Shown one piece after another: positions 15,401 through 24,512 of a DNA stretch of 24,512 nucleotides. Source of the DNA: Candidatus Krumholzibacteriia bacterium (GTDB lineage Bacteria > Krumholzibacteriota > Krumholzibacteriia > WVZY01); contig JAZGDW010000058.1 in the NCBI GenBank assembly GCA_036478295.1, positions 1 to 24,512 of the forward strand, in the 5' to 3' direction. Each line of letters opens with the position of its first letter. Within the stretch, counting starts at the first letter, position 1. Both the position numbers and the translations under genes were made by a program. The notes below the pieces were generated by a model, which was not told where the DNA came from, made no database searches, and worked only from the letters and a program-made list of their open reading frames with translations.

Positions 15401-16579
15401 ATGAAAAACAGACTGTCGGTGATTCAATCCGTGCCGGTCTGGCTACCGCAGACCGGCACGTGGCTCCACGACCAGGTTCGGTTCCTGCCCGACGATATCG
15501 AGAGCCACGTCGTTTGCGAAACCACTCAACGCCTCGACCAGTTTCCCTTCCACAATATCGACTGCCTTCGCGATCAGCCGCGCCTGAAATTCGTCTGGGA
15601 CCTGGGTATGCGGAAGATCGGCGCCCGCAAGCACCTGCATTTCCACGTGGCGTGCGCCCGCAAGCACGGCGCCCGCCTGATGCACTCGCATTTCGGCAAC
15701 ACCGCCTGGCAGGATCTCGGCGCCGCCAGGGCTGCGTCGCTGCACCACGTCGTCACGTTCTACGGGCGGGACGTGAACCACCTGCCCACCGTCGATCCAC
15801 GCTGGCGCGAGCGCTACGGCGAGCTGTTCCGGCGGGTCGACTGCGTGCTGTGTGAAGGCGAGTTCATGGCGGCGAGCATCGTGCGGCTCGGCTGCCCCGA
15901 GAACAAAGTGCGTGTCCACCACCTGGGGGTCGATGTCGAGGCCATCACCTTCGTGCCCAGGGAATGGGCGCCCGGCCAGCCGCTGCGCGTGTTCATGGCA
16001 TCTGTTTTTCGCGAAAAGAAAGGAATCCCCTACGGACTGGAGGCATTGGGCCGGCTGCAGCACGACGTTCCGCTGGAAATCACCATCATTGGTGACGCGC
16101 ACGGCACGGCCGGCACCCGGGAAGAGAAGAAGAAAATCCTCGCCACCATCGAAAAGCACGGCCTGGGTCCGCGAACCCGCCGGCTCGGCATCACGCCGTA
16201 CGAGGTCATGCGCCGGGAAGCGCTCGATCACCACGTTTTCATGTCGCCGAGTGTGACGGCCGCCGACGGCGACACCGAGGGTGGGGTTCCGGTCTCGATT
16301 ATCGAGATGTGCGCGTCGGGCATGCCGGTGGTGAGCACCAGGCACTGTGACATCCCCGGTGTTATTCTCGACGGCAAGACCGGCCTGCTCGCCGACGAGC
16401 GCGACGTCGACGGGCTGGTGCGCGGCCTGCGCTGGCTGGTGGAACATCCCGGCGAGTGGAGCGGTATGCTCGCTGCCTCCCGCCGGCGCATCGAGCAGGA
16501 GTTCGATGCTCGTACGCAGGGGACGCGGCTCGGTGCCATATACGCGGAGATCGCGGGCGGGGGCGCCGTCGCCGCCTGA
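15401..16579 (+). CDS. GT4 (GT-B) glycosyltransferase, WcaL-like
   Basis: HSHFG, VVTFYGRDV, REKKGIPY, PSVTAADGDTEGGVPVSIIE and VVSTRHCDIP motifs. ATG 15401 preferred because the upstream extension runs through the divergent promoter region. Confidence 0.88.
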   Translation: MKNRLSVIQSVPVWLPQTGTWLHDQVRFLPDDIESHVVCETTQRLDQFPFHNIDCLRDQPRLKFVWDLGMRKIGARKHLHFHVACARKHGARLMHSHFGNTAWQDLGAARAASLHHVVTFYGRDVNHLPTVDPRWRERYGELFRRVDCVLCEGEFMAASIVRLGCPENKVRVHHLGVDVEAITFVPREWAPGQPLRVFMASVFREKKGIPYGLEALGRLQHDVPLEITIIGDAHGTAGTREEKKKILATIEKHGLGPRTRRLGITPYEVMRREALDHHVFMSPSVTAADGDTEGGVPVSIIEMCASGMPVVSTRHCDIPGVILDGKTGLLADERDVDGLVRGLRWLVEHPGEWSGMLAASRRRIEQEFDARTQGTRLGAIYAEIAGGGAVAA

Positions 16580-16696
16580 AGCCGCTGCGGACGCTCGCCG
16601 ATAGCGCGAAAAGGCCTGTACCATCAACGGTTGCGCGCCCCGGTACTTCCCGCTAATATCAGGGGGCGCACCCCCATTTGAAAGGCGACCCGATCG

Positions 16697-17866
16697 ATGT
16701 CCGACCCCGTACGTCCCGATGACCGCTTCCTGATTTTCGGCGCTCCCGCCATCGAGGAGGACGAGGTGCAGGAAGTCGTCGCCAGCATCCGTAGCGGCTG
16801 GCTCGGCACCGGTCCCAAGGTTGCCCGCTTCGTCGAGGACTTCAAGAGCTACATCGGCGCAGAGCACGCCGCCGCCGTCAACTCCGGCACCGCGGCCATG
16901 CATCTGGCCATGATCGCCGCGCAGCTCGATCGCGGTGACGAAGTCATCACGACGGCGATGACGTTCTGCTCCACGGTCAACGCGATCATCCATGCCGGCG
17001 CGACGCCCGTACTCGCCGACTGTGATCGCGGGACGATGAACATCGATCCCGCGCGCATCGAAGAAAAGATCACCCCCCGCACGCGCGCTGTCATGCCGGT
17101 GCACTTCGCGGGCCGCGCGTGCGACATGGACGCCATCATCGACATCGCCGCGCGTCACAACCTCAAGGTGATCGGCGACTGCGCCCACGCCATCGAGACG
17201 GAGTACAAGGGACGCAAGGTGGGGACCATCGGTGAATTTGCCTGCTACAGTTTTTACGTAACGAAGAACGTCATTACCGGCGAAGGAGGCATGGTGCTCA
17301 CCCGCCGGGAGGAGGACGCGGCCCGTATCCGCACGCTCGCGCTGCACGGGATGAGCAAGGACGCGTGGAAACGCTTCAGCGACGAGGGCTACGTCCATTA
17401 CTACGTCTACGAGGCGGGCTTCAAGTACAACCTGATGGATATCCAGGCGGCGATCGGCATACACCATCTCAAACGGGTGGAGAAATACTGGAAGCGCCGG
17501 GAGGAGATATGGAAGCGTTACGACAAGGCATTCGCGGACATGCCGATCGGCACCCCACTGCCAGCCGAACCGGACACGCGCCACGCCCATCATCTCTACA
17601 CGATCATGGTGGACAAGAAGCGGTCGGGAATCACTCGCGACGAGTTCTTGAACGCGATCCAGGCACATAATATCGGAGTCGGTGTTCACTATTTGAGCAT
17701 CCCCGAGCATCCTTACTATAAGAAAACCTTCGGCTGGAAGCCCGCGGAGTACCCGAACGCCTCGCGGGTCGGGCGCGAAACGGTTAGCCTGCCCCTGTCG
17801 GCCAAACTGACCGACGGGGACGTCGACGACGTGGTCGAGGCGGTGGGGAGGGTTCTTCACCGGTGA
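16697..17866 (+). CDS. DegT/DnrJ/EryC1/StrS-family PLP-dependent NDP-sugar aminotransferase
   Basis: SGWLGTGP, NSGTAAMHLA, PVHFAG, DCAHA, SFYVTKNVITGEGG (PLP lysine), GFKYNL and SLPL motifs. Confidence 0.93.
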   Translation: MSDPVRPDDRFLIFGAPAIEEDEVQEVVASIRSGWLGTGPKVARFVEDFKSYIGAEHAAAVNSGTAAMHLAMIAAQLDRGDEVITTAMTFCSTVNAIIHAGATPVLADCDRGTMNIDPARIEEKITPRTRAVMPVHFAGRACDMDAIIDIAARHNLKVIGDCAHAIETEYKGRKVGTIGEFACYSFYVTKNVITGEGGMVLTRREEDAARIRTLALHGMSKDAWKRFSDEGYVHYYVYEAGFKYNLMDIQAAIGIHHLKRVEKYWKRREEIWKRYDKAFADMPIGTPLPAEPDTRHAHHLYTIMVDKKRSGITRDEFLNAIQAHNIGVGVHYLSIPEHPYYKKTFGWKPAEYPNASRVGRETVSLPLSAKLTDGDVDDVVEAVGRVLHR

Positions 17867-19107
17867 CCTGGTTAGAAGGCGCCGCCGGAATCCCCCTCCG
17901 GCAGCTCACAAACTTGAGGGAATTGCTCGCCGGCCGCTCGGTCACGACTCCGGCCATGGGCTCCGTAACTCTCGACGAGGACGACGTGGCGCTCGCCCGC
18001 GCTTGGCTCAAGCGGCGCCAGGGCTGGTCCGACCCCGAACCGGTGCGCCGTTACGAAGAGGCTTTTGCAGCCTGGAACGGGTCGAGCCATGCGTTCGCGT
18101 TCATGGGTGGGCGTGTGGCCCTGAGCGCCTGCATCCATGCGCTGGGTCTCAAGCCGGGGGATGAAGTCATCATACCCGGCTACACCTGCGTCGTGGTACC
18201 CAATGCCTTCAAGTACGCCCGGGTAAACGTCGTCTACGCGGATATCGAGCTGCAATCCTTTGGTCTCGATGCCGGCTCGGTGCGCTCCAAGATTACCGAA
18301 CGCACGCGGGCCGTCATGGTCCAGCATCTTTACGGTCTCGTTTCGCGCGACTACGACAAGGTTCTCGCCCTCGCCGAGGAGCACGACCTGCATGTGATAG
18401 AGGACTGTTGCCATGCGACCGGAGCGGAGCACCACGGCGTAAAGGTCGGCAATCGCGGTCACGTGGCGTTCTATTCGAGCGAGCAATCCAAGATATTCAC
18501 AACCATCCAGGGGGGAATGGCGACGACCAACGACGCGGAGATCGCGGACCGGCTGAGTCGTTACCAGGCGGACGCGCCCTATCCCGACGAGGCGTGGATC
18601 GACCGCCAGCTGCACAACGTCGTTCTGAACTACTACCGGTTCAAACATCCCCAGCGCTGGTGGCGCGGCGACCTGGCCGTTTTGCGCTACGGTCACAAGC
18701 GCCTGGTTTCCACCACCCAGGGCGAGTGCAGCGGCGTGCGGCCGCAGCACTACGGCCGCAGGATGCCGGCGCCCATCGCGGTCATCGGCAGCAACCAGCT
18801 GAAAAAGATCGATAGGTACAACGAGCGGCGGCGCGAAACGGCGCTGTACTGGGACGACTGGTGCCTGAGCGCCGGTTACGGCCGGCCGCTGGTGTTGGCA
18901 GAATCACTCCCCGTGTTTCTGCGCTACCCGGTACTTGTCGAGCCCGAAAAAAAGCGCAAACCCTCGTGGGCCAAAAAGGAGCTTGGTGTCACGCTCGGGG
19001 TCTGGTTTATTAGTCACGTGCACCCGGCGCCCCGAAGCATCGACGGCTGCCCGCATGCCGACGAGGCGGTCAGGCGCTGCGTAAACCTGCCCTGTCTACT
19101 GGATTAA
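17863..19107 (+). CDS. divergent DegT/DnrJ/EryC1/StrS-family PLP-dependent enzyme
   Basis: GRVAL, PGDEVIIPGYTCVVV, QHLYG, IEDCCHATG, YSSEQSKIFTTIQGG and VNLP motifs; GTGA overlap with the preceding gene. Confidence 0.85.
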   Translation: MTWLEGAAGIPLRQLTNLRELLAGRSVTTPAMGSVTLDEDDVALARAWLKRRQGWSDPEPVRRYEEAFAAWNGSSHAFAFMGGRVALSACIHALGLKPGDEVIIPGYTCVVVPNAFKYARVNVVYADIELQSFGLDAGSVRSKITERTRAVMVQHLYGLVSRDYDKVLALAEEHDLHVIEDCCHATGAEHHGVKVGNRGHVAFYSSEQSKIFTTIQGGMATTNDAEIADRLSRYQADAPYPDEAWIDRQLHNVVLNYYRFKHPQRWWRGDLAVLRYGHKRLVSTTQGECSGVRPQHYGRRMPAPIAVIGSNQLKKIDRYNERRRETALYWDDWCLSAGYGRPLVLAESLPVFLRYPVLVEPEKKRKPSWAKKELGVTLGVWFISHVHPAPRSIDGCPHADEAVRRCVNLPCLLD

Positions 19108-19109
19108 TA

Positions 19110-19682
19110 ATGAACGTCTTTCGATTGTTTTCCGAAATGTGGAAGTTCGGGCGCGAAGCGTTCGCCGGTGTGATCCGCGGCAACCCGTCGATGATCGCAG
19201 CGCGGCTCCGGCGCCGCATGTTTCGCACGGTCTGCACTATCGATACCCACGTGTTTATCACCCACCGTCGCAATTTCGCGGCGGGTGAGGGCAGTGCACT
19301 CTACCACGGCTGCTACATCCTGAACGCCGAGGGCAAATTCAGCCTGGGTGCCAAGTCGCACCTCGGCGCCTACTGCTATGTTAATGCTTGCCACGGAAAC
19401 ATCACCATCGGGGACGACGTGGCTGTCGGCCCCGGTACGAAGTTCATCGCCTATTCCAATCATTATGAAGCGGGCAAGAAGGTCACGGACATCCGCCTGA
19501 CCCGGGACATCGTCGTGGGGAACAACGTTTTTATCGGCGCCAACTGCAGCATCCTTCCCGGGACGGTGATCCACGATAATGTCGTGGTCGCCGCCGGGTC
19601 GGTGGTCAAGGGCGAACTCGAAGGCAACGCCATCCACGGTGGCGTGCCCTGCCGCAAGTTGAAAGACGGATGGTACGAGTAA
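19110..19682 (+). CDS. hexapeptide-repeat (left-handed beta-helix) acyltransferase
   Basis: ITIGDDVAVGPG, NH, IVVGNNVFIGANCSILPGTVIHDNVVVAAGSVV and GGVPCR motifs. Confidence 0.9.
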   Translation: MNVFRLFSEMWKFGREAFAGVIRGNPSMIAARLRRRMFRTVCTIDTHVFITHRRNFAAGEGSALYHGCYILNAEGKFSLGAKSHLGAYCYVNACHGNITIGDDVAVGPGTKFIAYSNHYEAGKKVTDIRLTRDIVVGNNVFIGANCSILPGTVIHDNVVVAAGSVVKGELEGNAIHGGVPCRKLKDGWYE

Positions 19683-19762
19683 CCCGGCCGGAGCTGACAG
19701 CCCGGACGACGATCCAGCGGAGGTCCGTTGTCAGAGACGTTTCCTAACGCGCAGGGGAGGCC

Positions 19763-21145
19763 ATGAGCGACGAAAAGTACGATGCCATCGTCATCGGAAC
19801 CGGACAGGCAGGTCCGTCTCTGGCCGCACGGTTGGCCGGGGCTGGAATGAAAACGGCGGTAATCGAACGCAAGCTATTCGGGGGGACTTGCGTCAACACC
19901 GGGTGCACACCGACCAAGACCATGGTGGCCAGCGCGAGAGTCGCGCACATGGCCCGTCGCGCCGCCGACTTCGGTGTAATGATCGACGGTTCGATCGGCG
20001 TCGATATGAAAAAAGTCAAAGCGCGAAAGGACGAGGTCGTCGGGCGGTCCAACAAGGGTGTCGAGAACTGGTTGAAAAACATGGAGAACGTCACCGTCTA
20101 TGAAGCGCACGGGTGTTTCGAGGGCCCACACGTCGTACGGGCGGGAGAAGCAGTCCTGGAGGCGGAAAAGATATTTATTAATGTGGGTGCCCGCGCGGTT
20201 GTGCCCGCTTTCCCCGGAATAGACACGGTAGATTACCTGACCAACACGGGCGTGATGGAAATAGAAGAGTTGCCCGGGCACCTGCTGGTGGTCGGGGGCA
20301 GTTATGTCGGATTGGAGTTCGGGCAGATGTTCCGCCGCTTCGGCAGCGAGGTTACCATCGTTGAGAAAGGACCCCGTCTCATCCAGCGCGAAGATGAGGA
20401 CATCTCCGAGGCGGTGAAAGAGATACTGCAGGGTGAGGGGATCGATGTTCAGCTCGACGCGGAGTGCATCACCCTCGGACGTCGCGGGGGCGACATCGTC
20501 ATGGGACTCGACTGCGGCGGTGACAAGAGGGAAGTCACAGGAACCCACGTGGTCATTGCCGTCGGTCGGCGTCCCAACACGGATGACCTCGGGCTGGACG
20601 CCGCCGGGATCAAGACCGACGCGCGGGGCTTCATCGAAGTCGACGACCAGCTCCAGACCGGCGTCGCCGGCGTGTGGGCTCTGGGCGATTGTAACGGCAA
20701 GGGAGCGTTTACCCACACCGCCTACAACGATTTCGAAATCGTTGCCGCCAACCTGCTCGACAACGACCCGCGCCGCGTCAGCGACCGCCTGCTCACCTAC
20801 GGTCTCTTCATCGACCCTCCTCTGGGGCGGGTGGGAATGACGGAAGCCCAGGTACGCACGTCGGGGCGAAACGCATTGATCGGAAAACGCCCGATGACCA
20901 AGGTTTCGAGGGCCGTAGAAAAAGGTGAACCCCAGGGATTCATGAAAATCCTCGTGGACGCCGACACCCAGGCGATCCTGGGTGCGGCGATCTTGGGCGT
21001 CGGCGGCGACGAGGTCATCCACCTGATTACGGACGTCATGTATGCCAAGGCGCCGTACACGGTTATCCAGCGTGCGGTACACGCCCATCCCACAGTCTCT
21101 GAACTCGTTCCCACCATGATCGGTGATTTGAAGCCGCTCGAGTAG
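19763..21145 (+). CDS. FAD-dependent pyridine nucleotide-disulfide oxidoreductase (mercuric reductase-like/RclA-like; not true MerA)
   Basis: GTGQAG, redox-active GGTCVNTGCTPTK, GGSYVGLE, GRRPN, LGDC and HPTVSE; no C-terminal Cys-Cys pair and no N-terminal HMA domain; GGAGG RBS. Confidence 0.9.
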   Translation: MSDEKYDAIVIGTGQAGPSLAARLAGAGMKTAVIERKLFGGTCVNTGCTPTKTMVASARVAHMARRAADFGVMIDGSIGVDMKKVKARKDEVVGRSNKGVENWLKNMENVTVYEAHGCFEGPHVVRAGEAVLEAEKIFINVGARAVVPAFPGIDTVDYLTNTGVMEIEELPGHLLVVGGSYVGLEFGQMFRRFGSEVTIVEKGPRLIQREDEDISEAVKEILQGEGIDVQLDAECITLGRRGGDIVMGLDCGGDKREVTGTHVVIAVGRRPNTDDLGLDAAGIKTDARGFIEVDDQLQTGVAGVWALGDCNGKGAFTHTAYNDFEIVAANLLDNDPRRVSDRLLTYGLFIDPPLGRVGMTEAQVRTSGRNALIGKRPMTKVSRAVEKGEPQGFMKILVDADTQAILGAAILGVGGDEVIHLITDVMYAKAPYTVIQRAVHAHPTVSELVPTMIGDLKPLE

Positions 21146-21244
21146 CCCCGCGTACCGGATCACGAGTCGCCCGGGTACCGAACGCCCGTGGTGCCATCGA
21201 GCGGTGGCTCGAGGGCGGACGCGGTAGATATCATTCCTGGAAAG

Positions 21245-21270
21245 TGCTATACTTTATAAAGAGTTAACTC
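21245..21270 (+). promoter_or_regulatory. candidate extended -10 promoter overlapped by two palindromes
   Basis: TG-c-TATACT (21245-21253), then CTTTATAAAG (21252-21261) and GAGTTAACTC (21261-21270). Confidence 0.45.
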
Positions 21271-21288
21271 GCTTTGCAGGACACCGAC

Positions 21289-24200
21289 ATGACGCATCTC
21301 ACCACCGTTTTTGCCCGCTCCTGGACCTTCCTCAACGTCTTGCTGGTTGCCACGCTGATCGCCGTACAGGGCGCTTCACCCCTCTACGCGGGAACCGTGC
21401 GCCGGTATGTCGAGGATTTTGCGACCCAGCAGTTCAGGGATGCCGCCACCACCACCGCCGATTGGAACAGCGCGGCCGGAGAGATCCAGCTCTTTCCGTT
21501 TGTGCCATCCATCGTGGCCGGCTTCGGCCCACCGGGCGCGGGGTTTACACGCGATCTGGCAATAGACGGCAATATTCTCTGCATGGTCGACGGCGCCGAA
21601 GGGCTCCGGGTGTTCGACGTGACCGACCCGCTGAATCCGGTGCTGGCCGGCACGTGGGTCTCGCCTCCCGACGGTATAGAAGCGTTCGCGTCGGACGTCG
21701 TCATCGCGGGTGATATGGCGTTGGTCGCGGACGGGTTGTCCGGTCTCCAGATAATCGACATCAGCGACACGGCGAACCCGTTTCGGGTCGGCCATTATCA
21801 GACAACGGGCTTCGCTCGTGGCGTCACCGTGGCCGGCGACTTCGCTTACGTGGCGCAGAGTGCCGTGCCACCGGCGACGGATTCAGGGCTGTTCGTGGTT
21901 GACATCAGCAATCCTGCGCTGCCGGCGTTGGCGGGAAGTCTGCTGCTGCCGGGACTCCCGATCGGCGTGTCCGTTGATGGAGACCTGGCGTACGTCGCCG
22001 GCGGCACCGGCGGGCTCTTTACGGTGACCGTTAGCAACCCGGCGAGTCCCGCGCTTCTCGGCAACCTGCCCACACCGACCCTGTCACGAAGTATCGTGGT
22101 CGCGGGTAAGCACGCCTACATGGCGACGGCGCAAAGCGGGCTCTACGTCGTAAACGTCACCAATCCCCTGACCCCGACACTGGCGAAGGTCTATGACACG
22201 CCGGACATTTCATTCGGTGTCGCGCTCGCGGGCGATGTGCTCTACGTTGCCGACGGCGCCACGGGCCTGTTGGAATTCAATATCGAGGACGCCGTCAACC
22301 CCGTTCTCGCGCATACGATCGATACAGCTGACCTGGCGCTCGGAGTGGCCCTCGCCGGTGACTATGCGTACGTGTCAGACGGCGCCGCGGGACTGAAGGT
22401 AATCAAGACGAGCGAGGCGGTGCGGCCGATTCCCGTGGGAGCAACACAGTCGGCGATGAACGCGGGCGGTGTCGTCATCCGCGGCAACCACGCCCTGGTG
22501 GCGGACGGGAGCTTCGGCCTGCGTTCCGTGGACATTACCGATCCCGCCCTGCCGGTCGTGGTCGGTGGCGCGGCGTCCGTGCTGTCGCTCGCCGGGGATG
22601 TTGCCCTCTCCGGCGATCACGTGTACGCGTCCACAGGTGGCAGCGGGCAGCTGGAGATTTTTTTGATCGGCGACGCGGCCAACCCCATCCACCTGTTCAA
22701 CTTTGACACGGGGAGTGAAACGGGAAGCATGGTGATCCGAGGAGACCGCGGCTACCTGGCGAATGGCATCGCCGGTTTTACCGTCCTGGATCTCGCCAAT
22801 CCTCCCGTGCCGGCCATCGTGGGAAATGCGTCGACGCCCAATTTTGCGGTGGCGGCCGATGCCGCCGGTGACATGGCGTTTGTCACCGTTATCGCAACGG
22901 GCCTTAGGACAATCGACATCAGCAATCCCGCCCTGCCCGTCACCGCCGGCGGTTATACCGACGGCGCCGGCGGCAACGACATCGAGGTGCACGGCGACGA
23001 GGCGTACATCGCCTCCAGCGACGGTCTGCGGGTTTTCGATATCACCGACCCGACGGCGCCCGCGCCGCTCGCGCACCTGCCCACGACGACGGGTGTGGGT
23101 CGGGGAGTGGCGGTAGCGGGGGACTATGCGGTTGTTACGACCGGCTCGAATCCGCCGGGCGCGGTCCTGGTCATCGATGTCCGTGATCCGGCGAACCCCG
23201 TGGAAGTCGGGAGCTACCCGACCACCAACGCGCTTGACGTCGCTCTTTCCGGTGACCTTGCCTACGTCGCCGACGGAACCTCAGGGCTTCGTGTCTTCGA
23301 GGTCTTCGAACGCGCCTTCGGCCTGGCGAATAACATCGCGCAGTCAACGAACGTGCATGCCGCGGGTGATGACATCATCCGCGTGCGGCTGGCGGCCACG
23401 CACAATGATTCCATTCGTTGGGAGGTGTCTGCCGACGGCGGCGGCGCCTGGCGGGATGTGGTCCCCAACGGCAGCTGGGTCAAACCGCCGCAGCCGGGGT
23501 CTGACCTACGCTGGCGTTCGAGCCACGTGTACGCCGTCGCCCGCACCAATCCGGCGGCGAGCACACTGGAGCTGGAATGGCTTTACCCGTTTGCCGCCAT
23601 CGACTCTATCGTCGACGTGCCGAATGATACCGGCGGCTGGGTCAACGTGCACTTTTCTCGCTCGGGACACGACTTCGCCGACACAACGCTCATCGTCGAT
23701 TACGCCGTGCGGCGACAGGTGGAGGGAGCACCCAACGATTGGGAAATCGTGGGAACCGTCACCGCCCAGCGGCAGGACGAATATATTGCCACGGTCCCGA
23801 CCGTCCCCGATCCGGCGGACACGGTCTTCTCGGTCTATTCGATCCGTGCCCGCACGTCGGATCCACTGGCTTTTTTTGACAGCCCGCCGGACAGCGGCTT
23901 TTCGGTGGATAACACCGTCGCGGTTCTTATCGCGGATTTCAACGCCGCGTATGTCGCAAACGCCGTTCGTCTCCGGTGGCGTGTCGCCCACGCCAACGGG
24001 CTGCAAGGTTTCCATGTCTACCGCTCGCTGGAGAGGGAGCGGAATTATCACCGCGTCAACGGCGCCATGCTGCCCGCCTCGACCGCCGGTGTCTACACCG
24101 ATACAGCAATCGAGCCCGGCGCGAGCTACTGGTATCGGCTTGGCGCGGTCGACCGCGACGGTGAGTTCCTGTCACCTCCCGTTTCGGTGACGATTCCACG

Positions 24201-24480
24201 GGGCGTGTTTCGCCTCTTTCAGAACCATCCCAACCCGTTCAACCCGTCGACCACCATCTCCTATGACGTGCCGCTGCGGACCCGGGTGACACTCCGTATC
24301 TTCGATGTCAGCGGCGGGCTCATTCGCACCCTGGTCAACGGGGCACAACCCGCCGGGCGCAGGTCCGTGACCTGGGATGGACGCGATAATTCCGGCCGGC
24401 GGGTGGCGTCGGGAATCTATTTCTACCGCCTGCACGCCAACGGGTTTAGCGGGACGCGCAAGATGGTGCTGATCGAGTGA
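21289..24480 (+). CDS. secreted LVIVD-repeat (beta-propeller) protein with an Fn3/Ig-like region and a C-terminal FlgD-Ig/T9SS-type sorting domain
   Basis: Hydrophobic signal peptide ending PLYA; 14 repeats of about 42 aa (V-x-V-x-G-D-x-A-Y-V-A-D-G-x-x-G-L-x-V-x-D-I-S-N-P-x-x-P); tail LFQNHPNPFNPSTTISY...WDGRDNSGRRVASGIYFY...RKMVLIE; ATG 21289 after AGGA. Confidence 0.9.
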   Translation: MTHLTTVFARSWTFLNVLLVATLIAVQGASPLYAGTVRRYVEDFATQQFRDAATTTADWNSAAGEIQLFPFVPSIVAGFGPPGAGFTRDLAIDGNILCMVDGAEGLRVFDVTDPLNPVLAGTWVSPPDGIEAFASDVVIAGDMALVADGLSGLQIIDISDTANPFRVGHYQTTGFARGVTVAGDFAYVAQSAVPPATDSGLFVVDISNPALPALAGSLLLPGLPIGVSVDGDLAYVAGGTGGLFTVTVSNPASPALLGNLPTPTLSRSIVVAGKHAYMATAQSGLYVVNVTNPLTPTLAKVYDTPDISFGVALAGDVLYVADGATGLLEFNIEDAVNPVLAHTIDTADLALGVALAGDYAYVSDGAAGLKVIKTSEAVRPIPVGATQSAMNAGGVVIRGNHALVADGSFGLRSVDITDPALPVVVGGAASVLSLAGDVALSGDHVYASTGGSGQLEIFLIGDAANPIHLFNFDTGSETGSMVIRGDRGYLANGIAGFTVLDLANPPVPAIVGNASTPNFAVAADAAGDMAFVTVIATGLRTIDISNPALPVTAGGYTDGAGGNDIEVHGDEAYIASSDGLRVFDITDPTAPAPLAHLPTTTGVGRGVAVAGDYAVVTTGSNPPGAVLVIDVRDPANPVEVGSYPTTNALDVALSGDLAYVADGTSGLRVFEVFERAFGLANNIAQSTNVHAAGDDIIRVRLAATHNDSIRWEVSADGGGAWRDVVPNGSWVKPPQPGSDLRWRSSHVYAVARTNPAASTLELEWLYPFAAIDSIVDVPNDTGGWVNVHFSRSGHDFADTTLIVDYAVRRQVEGAPNDWEIVGTVTAQRQDEYIATVPTVPDPADTVFSVYSIRARTSDPLAFFDSPPDSGFSVDNTVAVLIADFNAAYVANAVRLRWRVAHANGLQGFHVYRSLERERNYHRVNGAMLPASTAGVYTDTAIEPGASYWYRLGAVDRDGEFLSPPVSVTIPRGVFRLFQNHPNPFNPSTTISYDVPLRTRVTLRIFDVSGGLIRTLVNGAQPAGRRSVTWDGRDNSGRRVASGIYFYRLHANGFSGTRKMVLIE

Positions 24481-24512
24481 TGGGCCGTTGCCAGAACAGT
24501 GTGGATAGCCGG

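Noticed and set aside
15139..15402. 88-aa N-terminal extension of the cytochrome ORF and the 15287 start of the glycosyltransferase
   Set aside because: The signal peptide and RBS place the cytochrome start at 15138; the region holds divergent promoter and operator signals.
15443..17860. 805-aa antisense ORF and other long antisense ORFs (e.g. 6945-8357, 19874-21163, 12331-13242)
   Set aside because: Shadows of well-supported genes on the opposite strand, expected from high-GC codon usage; no motifs.
19694..19734. Imperfect hairpin (CTGACAG..CGGAC / GTCCG..TTGTCAG) as an intrinsic terminator
   Set aside because: Interrupted stem, large loop and no adjacent U-tract; too weak to call.
19763..21145. 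merA mercury resistance gene
   Set aside because: No C-terminal Cys-Cys, no HMA domain, no merR/T/P context.
23126..24190. 354-aa same-strand alternative-frame ORF inside the LVIVD gene
   Set aside because: Arg/Pro/Ser/Thr-rich frame artefact; the main frame is uninterrupted, so no frameshift is needed.

Overview
GC-rich bacterial chromosomal window with no rRNA, tRNA, CRISPR array or mobile element visible. Two large secreted proteins end in an LxQNxPNPF...WDG...SGxYxY...KxVL FlgD-Ig/T9SS-type sorting tail, which points (by inference) to an FCB-superphylum host such as Krumholzibacteriota/Eisenbacteria/Latescibacterota-like lineages. Left to right: (1) the 5' end of a leftward secreted protein; (2) an anaerobic benzoyl-CoA pathway operon, had-oah-[73/74-bp structured tandem repeat]-dch-tetR-bcrCBAD-SDR (ATP-dependent class I, Thauera-type reductase), preceded by a perfect FNR box; (3) a MarR-pirin-nitroreductase redox-stress module; (4) a 61-aa stand-alone bacterial histone of the Bd0055 type with its own promoter; (5) a secreted six-heme cytochrome c carrying the sorting tail, with a perfect Rex/CRP-type palindrome upstream; (6) a glycan-modification cluster (GT4, two DegT-family aminotransferases, hexapeptide acyltransferase); (7) a MerA/RclA-like flavoprotein disulfide reductase; (8) a 14-repeat LVIVD surface protein with the same tail. 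The most notable items are the histone, the tailed multiheme cytochrome, and the TetR-embedded bcr operon in this apparent lineage. All family calls come from motif recognition by eye; no searches were run.
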